Source: an uncultured Oscillospiraceae bacterium
GTDB taxonomy: Bacteria; Bacillota; Clostridia; Oscillospirales; Acutalibacteraceae
Direction: 5' to 3'
DNA: 51,610 nucleotides
Assembly (NCBI GenBank): GCA_900549155.1
Contig: URNF01000001.1
Location: 1-51,610, forward strand
Shown: positions 43,337 to 51,610 of the stretch, piece after piece
Layout: each line of letters starts with the position of its first letter
How positions within the stretch are numbered: the first letter of the stretch is position 1
Made by a program: the position numbers and the translations under genes
The notes under the pieces: generated by a model
What the model was told of the DNA's origin: nothing
What the model saw: the letters and a program-made list of their open reading frames with translations, nothing else
Databases searched by the model: none

Positions 43337-45132
43337 GAATATTGAACCTCCATCCCCTGGTCGCGTGATTGCGCCGTGTACAACTGATAATAAGCACCCT
43401 TTTTCGCCATCAGCTCCTCATGTGTGCCCGCCTCCGCAATGCCGTGATTGGCAATGTAGAAAATGCGGTCGCAGTGCCGCACCGTGGAAAGACGGTGGGC
43501 GATGATGAACGAGGTGCGCCCGCGCAGAAGCGCCGCAATGCCCTGCTGCAGCAGACGTTCTGTTTTGGTGTCGATGGACGAGGTCGCCTCGTCCAGAATG
43601 AGAATGCGCGGATCGGACAACAGCGTGCGGGCAAACGCCAGCAGCTGTCGCTGCCCCTGAGAAAGGGTGCTGCCGCGCTCGTTGACCGCCGTCTGATAGC
43701 CGTCGGGCAGCGCCGTGATGAACCCGTGGGCACACACCGCCTTTGCGGCGGCGATCACCTCGTCGTCGGTGGCGGTGAGCCTGCCGTAGCGGATGTTGTC
43801 CATGATCGTGCCGGTGAACAGGAAGCTCTCCTGCATCATGATGCCCTGCTGTCGCCGCAGCGAAGCCAGCGTCACGTCGGCGATATCATATTGCCCGTCG
43901 AGCAGGATCGCGCCGCCGTCCAGATTATAAAACCGACTGATGAGGTTGACGACCGTGCTTTTTCCTGCACCTGTCGGCCCGACCAGCGCCACGCTTTCGC
44001 CCGCGCGGATGTCAAAGCTGACATGCGACAAAACGGGCACCCCCGGCTCATAGCCGAACTGCACATCGCGGAATGTCACGCCGCCCGCGATCGGCGGCAG
44101 CTCGACCGCCCCCGGCTTATCGTCCACCGTGACCGGCTCATCCATCGTCTCAAAAATGCGCTCAAGATAGGCAAGGTTCGTCACAAACTGGTTATACACA
44201 TTCGCCAGGTTGTTGACCGGCTGCCAAAAACGGCCGACATATTGTCCCATCGCCAGCAGCACACCGAACGACACCATGCTGCCGCCGGAGAAATACACGC
44301 CGGTGACATACAGGGTGATGAACGCCAGCTGGCTGATGATCTGCGAGGAAGCGCCCACCGTCTGCTCGATATAGATGCGGCGCATCCACGTGCTGCGGCA
44401 CGCTTCCAAAAGGCGGCGCAGTGTGGACATGTTTTCCTCGCCGTGTGCAAACAGCTGACTGACCCGCACGCCTTCGATGCTTTCCGCCAAAAAGGCATTA
44501 TAGTTGGAGCTTTTGTTGGAATATGCCTGTGCGCGCCGCCGCTGCATGGGCTTCAAGATGAACACCACCGCGACAAAAACGGGCAGCCAGATGAGCGACA
44601 CCGTCGCCAGGCGCGTATCGGTGGCAAACATGAACACGATGATGAACGCGATGTTGAAAATGTCCACGATCATGTCGACGATGCCGCCCGAGAGCACCGA
44701 GGAAACGGAGTTGACATAGTTGATAACGCGCACGAGAATTTTTCCCGCGGGACGGCTGTCATAATAGGCAAACGGCAGTCGCTGCAGATGCGCAAACAGA
44801 TCCTGCCTTATGTCATAAATGATGTTTTGGCTGGCGTGCATCAGCATGCGGGAACGCACCACCGTGAGCACGGTGCTGAACAGATTGACGCCCAAAAACG
44901 CCACACACAGCCAAATGAGCAGCCGCACATCCTTTTGCGGCACGGCATCGTCCAGCGCGCGCCGCGTGATCTGCGGACCGAGCAGCGCCACGACGCCCGA
45001 CAGTGCCGACAAAAGCAGCGCGCCGATCATGCGAAAGCGGTTGCGCTTCACATACCGCATCGCCCGCTTCATGTGGGCAAAATTGAACGGCACTTCCAGC
45101 TTTTCGTCCTGGTCAAAACGGTTCGGCTTCAT
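43333..45132 (-). CDS. ABC exporter, fused permease/ATPase (heterodimer subunit)
   Basis: Six-TM ABC_membrane domain plus an NBD with GPTGAGKST, LSQGQRQLLAFARTL and ILILDEATSSID. Confidence 0.9.
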   Translation of the reverse strand: MKPNRFDQDEKLEVPFNFAHMKRAMRYVKRNRFRMIGALLLSALSGVVALLGPQITRRALDDAVPQKDVRLLIWLCVAFLGVNLFSTVLTVVRSRMLMHASQNIIYDIRQDLFAHLQRLPFAYYDSRPAGKILVRVINYVNSVSSVLSGGIVDMIVDIFNIAFIIVFMFATDTRLATVSLIWLPVFVAVVFILKPMQRRRAQAYSNKSSNYNAFLAESIEGVRVSQLFAHGEENMSTLRRLLEACRSTWMRRIYIEQTVGASSQIISQLAFITLYVTGVYFSGGSMVSFGVLLAMGQYVGRFWQPVNNLANVYNQFVTNLAYLERIFETMDEPVTVDDKPGAVELPPIAGGVTFRDVQFGYEPGVPVLSHVSFDIRAGESVALVGPTGAGKSTVVNLISRFYNLDGGAILLDGQYDIADVTLASLRRQQGIMMQESFLFTGTIMDNIRYGRLTATDDEVIAAAKAVCAHGFITALPDGYQTAVNERGSTLSQGQRQLLAFARTLLSDPRILILDEATSSIDTKTERLLQQGIAALLRGRTSFIIAHRLSTVRHCDRIFYIANHGIAEAGTHEELMAKKGAYYQLYTAQSRDQGMEVQYS

Positions 45133-46877
45133 GCACGGTCACCTCCCGTCGTGTCACAAAGGTCGTTTTGCAGCGCATAGGTCTCATAATAATACCCGCG
45201 CTTTTCGAGCAGCTCCCTGTGTGTACCGCGCTCGGCGATACGCCCGTCCTGCAGCACCAAAATGCAATCGGCGTCCTTGACCGAGGAGATGCGCTGGGCA
45301 ATGATAATCTTCGTGCAGGGGAAAGGCAGCGCTTTCAGCTGCTCCTGAATGTATTTTTCCGTTTCCATGTCCAAAGCGCTTGTCGTATCGTCCAGAATGA
45401 GGATGGCAGGTCTCGCCGCCATGGCGCGCGCCAGCGCAATACGCTGCCGCTGACCGCCCGAAAGTCCGACGCCGCGCTCGCCGACCACCGTTTCATATCC
45501 CTCGGGCATCTTCACGGCAAACTCCTCCACCGCTGCGCGGCGGGCAAAATCGTGTGCCGTTTCCTCGGACATGGTGAGATCGGAAAACGCAATGTTGTTC
45601 TCGATAGAATCGGAGAAAAGGAACACCTCCTGCGTTGCCACGCCGACGGCGCGGCGCAGCGCGGACAGCTTCCACTTTTTCACGTCGCAGCCGTCCACCG
45701 TGACCGACCCGCCGGTCGCGTCATACAGCCGCGATATCAGCGAGCACAGCGTCGTTTTGCCGCTGCCGGTCGGTCCCATGACGGCAAGCGTGCTGCCCGC
45801 AGGCACGGAAAAGTCGATGTCGCTAAGCACCGTCTGCTCCCCGAAAGCAAAATCCACATGGTGAAACGCCACCTCGCCGCGCACCGTTTCGGGCGCTGTC
45901 GCGTCGGGCGCATCCACGACGGTCGGCTGCGCATAATACACTTCCATGATCTTGGTGATCGAGGAGGAACAGCGCTGCAGGTCGTCCATATACGGTCCGA
46001 TGCTGCGGATGGGGTTGGTGAGGGCAAAGGACAGCGTCGTGAACATCGCCAGCTGTCCCGCCGTGATCTCCCCCGTCATGATGAAAAAGCCGCCGACAAA
46101 CACCGTGATCGCCGAAATGAGCACCGCCGTGCCCTCCATGAACGGAAACACGGTGAGCCAGGTCTTGTTGATGTCCAGGTTGACCTTGCGGAATGCCTCA
46201 TTTTTCTCCTGAAAACGCTCGCGTTCATAATCCTCGCGCACAAACGCTTTCACCACGCGGTTGCCCGCGATGTTCTCCTGCGCCGCCGTGTTCATGTCCG
46301 CCATGCGCTCGCGGAACAGGCGGAACTTGCCGTGCGCCCGCTTGTGATAGAGATTGGTCGCCAGCAGTATCAGCGGCACGACCAGCAACAGCAGCAGCGT
46401 CAGCTCCCAGCTGTAATACAGAAACAGCGCCAGCGCCGCACACAAAAGCGTCACGCTGTCGGTGATCTGATAACCGACCCACGCCACCACATGGCGGCAA
46501 TAGTCGGTGTCGCTTTGCAGCCGCGTCATCAGATCACCGGTGCGGATGCGATCAAAAAATGCCATGTCCTGATATTGCAGCTTTTCGAAAAGACTGCCGC
46601 GCAGGCGCACCAGCATATCCTGTGACGCATTTTCAAACAGCAGCACCATGTAATAGCGCAGCGCGATGCGCACAAGCTGCACCCCCAGCATGGCGATGAG
46701 GATGGACAGAAGCGGATCGGGATTTTTCGCGACGATGACGTCGTCATAGAGCTTTGATGTCAGCCACGGATCAATGAGCTGCATCATGCTGGTGAGGATG
46801 CTGATGGCAAAGCCCAACAGCATCAGCCGTCGGTATTTCGGGCGGATATTCTGTAACAAAAACTTCATTTGCAGCAT
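45129..46877 (-). CDS. ABC exporter, fused permease/ATPase (heterodimer subunit)
   Basis: NBD with GPTGSGKTT, LSGGQRQRIALARAM and ILILDDTTSALD. It overlaps the partner gene by 4 nt. The start is uncertain (ATG 46877, 46868 or TTG 46889). Confidence 0.9.
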   Translation of the reverse strand: MLQMKFLLQNIRPKYRRLMLLGFAISILTSMMQLIDPWLTSKLYDDVIVAKNPDPLLSILIAMLGVQLVRIALRYYMVLLFENASQDMLVRLRGSLFEKLQYQDMAFFDRIRTGDLMTRLQSDTDYCRHVVAWVGYQITDSVTLLCAALALFLYYSWELTLLLLLVVPLILLATNLYHKRAHGKFRLFRERMADMNTAAQENIAGNRVVKAFVREDYERERFQEKNEAFRKVNLDINKTWLTVFPFMEGTAVLISAITVFVGGFFIMTGEITAGQLAMFTTLSFALTNPIRSIGPYMDDLQRCSSSITKIMEVYYAQPTVVDAPDATAPETVRGEVAFHHVDFAFGEQTVLSDIDFSVPAGSTLAVMGPTGSGKTTLCSLISRLYDATGGSVTVDGCDVKKWKLSALRRAVGVATQEVFLFSDSIENNIAFSDLTMSEETAHDFARRAAVEEFAVKMPEGYETVVGERGVGLSGGQRQRIALARAMAARPAILILDDTTSALDMETEKYIQEQLKALPFPCTKIIIAQRISSVKDADCILVLQDGRIAERGTHRELLEKRGYYYETYALQNDLCDTTGGDRA

Positions 46878-47053
46878 AGAGAGCCACAACCTTTCCGTAA
46901 ACGGCAGGGTGGGTGCTTACCACCGCCTATTATACAGGACTTTTCAAAAAATGAAACCCTTATTTTTCCGAAAAAACCGATTTTTTTCCTGCTTTTTTCA
47001 GCGTTTTCACCAAGTCGGAAAATGAACTTTCTCTAAACACTTTGCCGTGCGCG

Positions 47054-47083
47054 TTGACTTTGCGCAGCAAGCGGCATTATAAT
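47054..47083 (+). promoter_or_regulatory. Sigma-A-like promoter of the MacB-like gene
   Basis: TTGACT, 18-nt spacer, TATAAT. Confidence 0.55.
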
Positions 47084-47113
47084 AAGGTATTCTTTTGTGC
47101 GGAGGTCACGTCT

Positions 47114-50068
47114 ATGCTGAAGCTTTGTGACATTCATAAGTCCTACACCGCCGGCGACAGCACGGTGGAAGCGCTGCGCGGCGTGTCGCTTTCTTTCCGT
47201 CGCCACGAGTTTGTGTCCATCCTCGGACCGTCCGGCTGCGGCAAGACCACTCTGCTCAACATCATCGGCGGACTCGACCGCTACACGGCGGGCGACCTCG
47301 CCGTGAACGGGCGCTCCACTGCATCCTTCAAGGACAGGGACTGGGACACCTATCGCAACCACACGATAGGCTTTGTGTTCCAAAGCTATAATCTCATTCC
47401 GCACCAGTCGGTGCTGTCAAACGTCGAGCTGGCACTGACGCTCTCCGGCGTTTCCCGTGCCGAACGGCGCCGCCGCGCGACCGAGGCGCTCGAAAAGGTC
47501 GGGCTTGCCGACCAGCTGCACAAAAAGCCGAACCAGATGTCGGGCGGTCAGATGCAGCGCGTCGCCATCGCCAGAGCGCTGGTGAACGATCCCGAAATCC
47601 TTTTGGCGGACGAGCCGACGGGTGCGCTCGACTCCGCGACCAGCGTGCAGATCATGGAAATTCTCAAGGAAATCTCCGCGGACAAGCTTATCATCATGGT
47701 GACCCACAACCCCGAGCTTGCCGAGCGGTATTCCTCCCGCATCGTGCGCCTTTTGGACGGGCAGGTTGTGGACGACACCGACCCCTACATCGAAGAAGCC
47801 GCCCCCGCCGCGCCCCCGCCGAAAAAGGGACGCAAAAAGCACACCTCGATGTCGTTTTTCACGGCGCTGTCCCTGTCCACCAACAATCTGATGACGAAAA
47901 AGGCGCGCACCCTGCTCACCTCCTTTGCGGGCAGCATCGGCATCATCGGCATCGCGCTGATCTTAGCGCTCTCCAGCGGCATCAACGCCTATATCAATTC
48001 CGTGCAGGAGGACACCCTTTCCTCCTATCCGTTGACGCTTGAAGCGGAAAATGTCGATCTTTCCTCGCTCATCACGACGCTCACGGGCGTGGGCAACAGC
48101 GATGCGACGCACGAAAAGGATGCTGTCTATGCCAACGCCGTGATGTATAAGCTCATGAACAGCATGAACACGGTCGAGACCAGCGAAAACGACCTTGCCG
48201 CCTTCAAGACCTATCTTGAGACCGACGGCAACGCCGTTGCCGCCCACGCCACCGCCATTCAGTATAGCTACGGGGCTGCCCCCGCCGTCTATGCCAAGGA
48301 TCCGAACGGTGAGATCGTGCGGGCAGACATCACCGACATGATGCAGCGCCTGCGCGGCGATACGGGCAGCACGACAGATACGGAGATGCAAAACCCCTTT
48401 GCCGCCGCCATGCCGTCCGGCTCGGGCATGCAGCTTTTCGAGGAATTGCTCACCGACAGCGACGGAAAATCGCTGCACCCGCTTTTGTCCTCACAGTATG
48501 ACCTTGTCTACGGTCGCTGGCCGGAGAACTACGACGAGCTGGTGCTGGTGGTGGACGAAAACAACGAGGTGCAGGATGTCAGCCTGTATGCGCTGGGACT
48601 GAAGACCACCGAGGAGCTCAAGGACCTCATGAAAAACGAGGGCGACAACAAAGCCGCCGAGGAGCAGAAATGGACCTATGACGACATCTGCAGCCGTACG
48701 TTTTCCATGGTGCTGCCCGCCGACTGCTGGCAGTATGACAAGGAAAGCGGCAAATATGTCGATCTGACCGCCACCGCCGCCGGGCGTGGCTATCTCTATG
48801 ACAACGGGCTGACGCTCAAAATCGCGGGCATCATCCGCCCGAACCCCGACGCGACCGCGTCCATGCTCACCGGCAGCATCGGCTACACCGCCGCGCTCAC
48901 CGACTATATCGCCGAAAAAAGCGCCGCGTCCCCTGCGCTTGCGGCGCAGCTTGCCGACCGCGACACCGACGTGTTCACCGGACTGCCGTTCAAGACCGAC
49001 AGCACGACCGAGCCGACCGCCGCCGAAAAGGCGGCAGCGTTCAAGGACTATGCCGCCGCGCTGCAAACAGCGGAAAAAGTGACGCTCTACGGCAAGATCG
49101 CCGCCACCCCCACCGCCGCCTATCTGAAAACGACGGTGGATGCCGCCATGAAGGACATGACCCGCGACAAGATCGAAGCCGCCATGGCGGACGGCTATTC
49201 CGCGGAAATGGGCGTCAGCGCGGACACGGTGCGCGACTATGTCAAGGGGCTTTCCGACGACGAGCTTTTTGCCTATGTGCGGGATATGCTCGAAAAACAG
49301 ATCACATCCGAATATGCCGCCGCTGCCGCAAAGCGGCTTGAAACCGTTCCCCCGGCGCAGCTTGCCGCCATGCTGGACGCGGCACTGCCCACCTATGATG
49401 CCGACACGCTCGTTGCCTATTATGACGCTTTCATGCCGCCCACCGTCTCGGATGCGACACTTTCGGACAACCTCAAAACGCTCGGCTATATCGATAAAAG
49501 CACCCCCACCGCCATCAACATCTATGCATCGACCTTTGCGGACAAGGACGCCATCGCCGACGCCATCACTGCCTATAACGACAGCGTCGCAGAGGAAAAG
49601 AAGATCAGCTACACCGACTATGTCGCCCTCATGATGTCCTCGATCACCACCATCATCAGCGCCATTTCCTATGTGCTCATCGCCTTTGTCGCAATCTCGC
49701 TGGTGGTATCGTCCATCATGATCGGGATCATCACCTATATCTCGGTGCTCGAACGCACAAAGGAGATCGGTGTTCTGCGTGCCATCGGCGCATCCAAGCG
49801 AGACATCTCGCGTGTTTTCAACGCCGAAACGCTCATCGTCGGCTTTGCTGCAGGCGCGATCGGCATCGGCATCACCCTGCTTTTGTGCATCCCCATCAAC
49901 GCCGTCATCCGCTCGCTGACCGGCATTGCCGGCATCGGCGCGGCGCTGCCGTGGCAGGGCGGCGTCATTCTGGTGGCGATCAGCATGTTCCTCACATTCA
50001 TCGCGGGGCTCATTCCCGCGCGCGTCGCCGCGAAAAAAGATCCCGTTGTCGCCCTGCGTTCCGAATAA
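47114..50068 (+). CDS. MacB-like ABC transporter, ATPase fused to FtsX-family permease with a large extracytoplasmic domain
   Basis: NBD with GPSGCGKTTLLN, MSGGQMQRVAIARAL and LLADEPTGALD. This is followed by a TM, an extracytoplasmic region of about 560 aa and a C-terminal FtsX-like three-TM bundle. SD GGAGG lies 9 nt upstream of ATG 47114. Confidence 0.85.
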   Translation: MLKLCDIHKSYTAGDSTVEALRGVSLSFRRHEFVSILGPSGCGKTTLLNIIGGLDRYTAGDLAVNGRSTASFKDRDWDTYRNHTIGFVFQSYNLIPHQSVLSNVELALTLSGVSRAERRRRATEALEKVGLADQLHKKPNQMSGGQMQRVAIARALVNDPEILLADEPTGALDSATSVQIMEILKEISADKLIIMVTHNPELAERYSSRIVRLLDGQVVDDTDPYIEEAAPAAPPPKKGRKKHTSMSFFTALSLSTNNLMTKKARTLLTSFAGSIGIIGIALILALSSGINAYINSVQEDTLSSYPLTLEAENVDLSSLITTLTGVGNSDATHEKDAVYANAVMYKLMNSMNTVETSENDLAAFKTYLETDGNAVAAHATAIQYSYGAAPAVYAKDPNGEIVRADITDMMQRLRGDTGSTTDTEMQNPFAAAMPSGSGMQLFEELLTDSDGKSLHPLLSSQYDLVYGRWPENYDELVLVVDENNEVQDVSLYALGLKTTEELKDLMKNEGDNKAAEEQKWTYDDICSRTFSMVLPADCWQYDKESGKYVDLTATAAGRGYLYDNGLTLKIAGIIRPNPDATASMLTGSIGYTAALTDYIAEKSAASPALAAQLADRDTDVFTGLPFKTDSTTEPTAAEKAAAFKDYAAALQTAEKVTLYGKIAATPTAAYLKTTVDAAMKDMTRDKIEAAMADGYSAEMGVSADTVRDYVKGLSDDELFAYVRDMLEKQITSEYAAAAAKRLETVPPAQLAAMLDAALPTYDADTLVAYYDAFMPPTVSDATLSDNLKTLGYIDKSTPTAINIYASTFADKDAIADAITAYNDSVAEEKKISYTDYVALMMSSITTIISAISYVLIAFVAISLVVSSIMIGIITYISVLERTKEIGVLRAIGASKRDISRVFNAETLIVGFAAGAIGIGITLLLCIPINAVIRSLTGIAGIGAALPWQGGVILVAISMFLTFIAGLIPARVAAKKDPVVALRSE

Positions 50069-50101
50069 GCGCTTCGCGGCACACCGACCCGGCAAGAAAG
50101 A

Positions 50102-50151
50102 AAAAGAGACCGCATTCCTTACCGATCGACGGCAGGGGGTGCGGTCTTTTT
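50102..50151 (+). terminator. Probable terminator of the MacB-like gene
   Basis: AGACCGCA...TGCGGTCT closes an imperfect extended hairpin, followed by TTTT. Confidence 0.5.
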
Positions 50152-50162
50152 ATGTCATATTT

Positions 50163-50184
50163 TTCGCGGAGTTCGCCACTCTGT
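50163..50184. repeat. Left copy of a 22-bp perfect inverted repeat (TTCGCGGAGTTCGCCACTCTGT)
   Basis: It is the exact reverse complement of 51578..51599. Confidence 0.9.
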
Positions 50185-50252
50185 TGCAGCAGCATCAAAA
50201 AACGCATCGGCAAGGCTTTTTTTGCGGCGCTTGCACGCCGTACACCTGTTTT

Positions 50253-50263
50253 TGACTGCGCAG
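50253..50263 (+). repeat. TGACTGCGCAG direct-repeat copy just 3' of the recombinase ORF
   Basis: Identical 11-mer at 51412..51422, and the 9-mer TGACTGCGC also at 51400..51408. Confidence 0.8.
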
Positions 50264-50265
50264 CG

Positions 50266-51372
50266 TCAAAGCCCGACGGCAGCGAGCTTATCCATATTCT
50301 GCCGTTTCAGTTCCAATGAGGAGTGGACATAGCGCTCCAGCGTGATCGTGGTGGACGCATGCCCCAAAATCTCGGACAGCGATTTGATCTCAAACCCCAC
50401 CTCCACCGCGCGGGTGGCAAATGTGTGCCGCAGCGTGTGGCAGTGGACGCCCTGCAGCCCGCAGGCGCGGACATATTTTTCGATGCGATATTGCAGCGCG
50501 CGCGGCTCCATATAGGCGGCGCTGCCCGTGAGGACATATGCCGACGGCGCTTCCTGCATCTGCAAACAAAGGGCGGCGGTCTGCGCCGTCAGCGGAATGA
50601 TGCGCGCCGATGCTCCGCTTTTCGGCGCGCCGATTACAACGCGGGTGTGCCCCTTTTCCGCTGCACCGTTTTCCTGCAGACGCTGCAGTGTGGCGGCGAC
50701 GCGGACCGTCCGCTCCGCAACACAGATGTTTTCCCATTTGAGCGCACACAGCTCCCCGATGCGCATGCCCGTGAACAGTGCGAGCAGCAGCCCGAATTTG
50801 CAGGGCGTGATATCAGCGGAAAGATAGGCAACAAAGCGCGCCTGCTCTTCGCGGGTGAGCACGCGCATTTCCCGTTTTTCCTCTTTGGGGTAGTGAATCT
50901 CGACACGCGGCAGCGCCTGTGTGACGCAGCCTGCCGTGTATTTCAGAATGCCGTGCAGCGTCACCAGAATGTCGTGCACCGTTTTCGGGGACAGGGATGC
51001 CAGCAATTCCTGGGAAAAGGCATCCACGGCGGCGGTGGTGATGTCCTGCGGCAGATACCTGCCGAGGTGCGGCTTGATGTGCTTTTCCAGCACGGCGGCA
51101 TATTTGCTGTAGGTGGAAACGCGCACCTGCGTTTTGCGCACCGCCAGCCACGCATCGCAGAAAAAGGAAAAGTGCTGTGCGGTTTTTGTCTGCGGCAGCG
51201 GCTCTCCCGCCGCGACCGCCGCCTTGCACACCGTCACCTTTTCCTTTGCCTCACGATAGGTTCTGCCGTAGCAAAAGCCATAGCGGATCTTTCCCGTCTC
51301 CTCGTGACCGCGGATATACCGCGCTTCCCAGCGACCGTCCTTTCTTTTGAAAATGTTTTCTCCCTTTGCCAT
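50266..51372 (-). CDS. Tyrosine-type site-specific recombinase/integrase
   Basis: The N-terminal arm-type DNA-binding segment is KRKDGRWEARYIRG. The catalytic C-terminus reads HTLRHTFATRAV...LGHASTTITLERYVH (H-x-x-R ... Y). ATG 51372 lies 7 nt after SD GGAGGAA. Confidence 0.9.
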   Translation of the reverse strand: MAKGENIFKRKDGRWEARYIRGHEETGKIRYGFCYGRTYREAKEKVTVCKAAVAAGEPLPQTKTAQHFSFFCDAWLAVRKTQVRVSTYSKYAAVLEKHIKPHLGRYLPQDITTAAVDAFSQELLASLSPKTVHDILVTLHGILKYTAGCVTQALPRVEIHYPKEEKREMRVLTREEQARFVAYLSADITPCKFGLLLALFTGMRIGELCALKWENICVAERTVRVAATLQRLQENGAAEKGHTRVVIGAPKSGASARIIPLTAQTAALCLQMQEAPSAYVLTGSAAYMEPRALQYRIEKYVRACGLQGVHCHTLRHTFATRAVEVGFEIKSLSEILGHASTTITLERYVHSSLELKRQNMDKLAAVGL

Positions 51373-51399
51373 ATACATTCCTCCGTTTCTTATGATTTA

Positions 51400-51422
51400 T
51401 GACTGCGCTTGTGACTGCGCAG
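51400..51422 (+). repeat. Two tandem TGACTGCGC copies upstream of the recombinase start
   Basis: TGACTGCGC-TTG-TGACTGCGCAG. Confidence 0.8.
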
Positions 51423-51518
51423 AGGGGACAAAAGACGGGAAAACCGCATAAAACGTTCCTTTTGCACTTGCAAAAATGCGGTTTTTTCCAAAAATTCGGG
51501 CAAGTTGTGATTTTTCTG

Positions 51519-51547
51519 TTGCATTTTCCATGCGATTGTGGTATAAA
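51519..51547 (+). promoter_or_regulatory. Strong sigma-A-like promoter facing rightwards, out of the IR-bracketed segment
   Basis: TTGCAT (51519..51524), 17-nt spacer ending in TGG (extended -10), TATAAA (51542..51547). Confidence 0.55.
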
Positions 51548-51577
51548 TACAGTAGGCAATGTGTGTACAGAAGTCTC

Positions 51578-51599
51578 ACAGAGTGGCGAACTCCGCGAA
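51578..51599. repeat. Right copy of the 22-bp perfect inverted repeat (ACAGAGTGGCGAACTCCGCGAA)
   Basis: It is the exact reverse complement of 50163..50184. Confidence 0.9.
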
Positions 51600-51610
51600 G
51601 CGGAAAAGCC

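Noticed and set aside
41447-46625. Plus-strand ORFs of 632, 603 and 485 aa opposite the isomerase, YitT and the two ABC exporter genes.
   Set aside because: They are antisense artefacts. The minus-strand genes have Walker, signature and TM motifs and overlapping stop/start junctions.
48491-50095. 534-aa minus-strand ORF opposite the MacB-like gene. Similar cases are 12311..13495(+), 13395..14432(-), 16379..17437(-), 17681..18529(-), 18391..19692(-), 19714..21495(+), 21492..22382(+) and 50323..51402(+).
   Set aside because: All lie antisense to genes with strong family evidence, and all show the R/G/A/H-rich composition of GC-rich non-coding frames.
1-51610. Search by eye for CRISPR arrays, rRNA/tRNA genes, IS elements with transposases, and toxin-antitoxin or restriction-modification genes.
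   Set aside because: I recognised none. The only mobile-type gene is the tyrosine recombinase at the right edge.

Overview
51.6 kb chromosomal segment from a GC-rich genome (about 60% by eye). My guess is a spore-forming Clostridia, Oscillospiraceae/Ruminococcaceae-like, because DUF1540, a PdaA-like deacetylase and DUF1934-argS synteny are present. Long antisense ORFs in the six-frame track are the usual high-GC artefacts.

I support about 46 protein-coding genes.
- Transport: a polar amino acid ABC system, a NitT/TauT-type ABC system, a GldA/F/G-like ABC-2 system with a DUF4340-like partner, a heterodimeric ABC exporter, and a MacB/FtsX fusion.
- Housekeeping: tadA, argS, hemW, clpB, yebC, and DnaD/DnaB-like plus DnaI-like replication loaders.
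- Other: an OmpR/HisKA two-component system next to htrA, two sugar-phosphate isomerase/epimerase genes plus a Gfo/Idh/MocA oxidoreductase, and a sortase cassette.
- The right edge carries a tyrosine recombinase.

Regulatory elements read directly from the sequence are a TPP riboswitch with terminator in front of thiT, a consensus-perfect CIRCE operator next to clpB, several sigma-A-like promoters and many rho-independent terminators. I saw no rRNA, tRNA or CRISPR array.

Most interesting observations:
1. Two paralogous, autonomous 38-39 codon peptide cassettes missing from the ORF track. Each has its own promoter, SD and terminator. Their MKKQY-x-AP N-terminus resembles an RRE-recognised RiPP leader, but no maturase lies nearby.
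2. A 22-bp perfect inverted repeat pair brackets the tyrosine recombinase gene plus a strong outward-facing promoter, which makes it a candidate invertible switch.
3. A strictly 19-nt-periodic, six-unit A/C-rich tandem array lies between the stop codon of a membrane-tethered XRE regulator and its terminator.
4. A zinc-ribbon plus PASTA pseudokinase, with all catalytic residues substituted, is packed into the dnaB/dnaI-like operon.
5. A 1515-aa secreted protein is built of four divergent jelly-roll-like modules and has no recognisable anchor.
6. A sortase cassette has a substrate ending in a non-canonical IKKTG sorting signal.
7. A low-GC gene insertion sits next to a truncated GNAT remnant.
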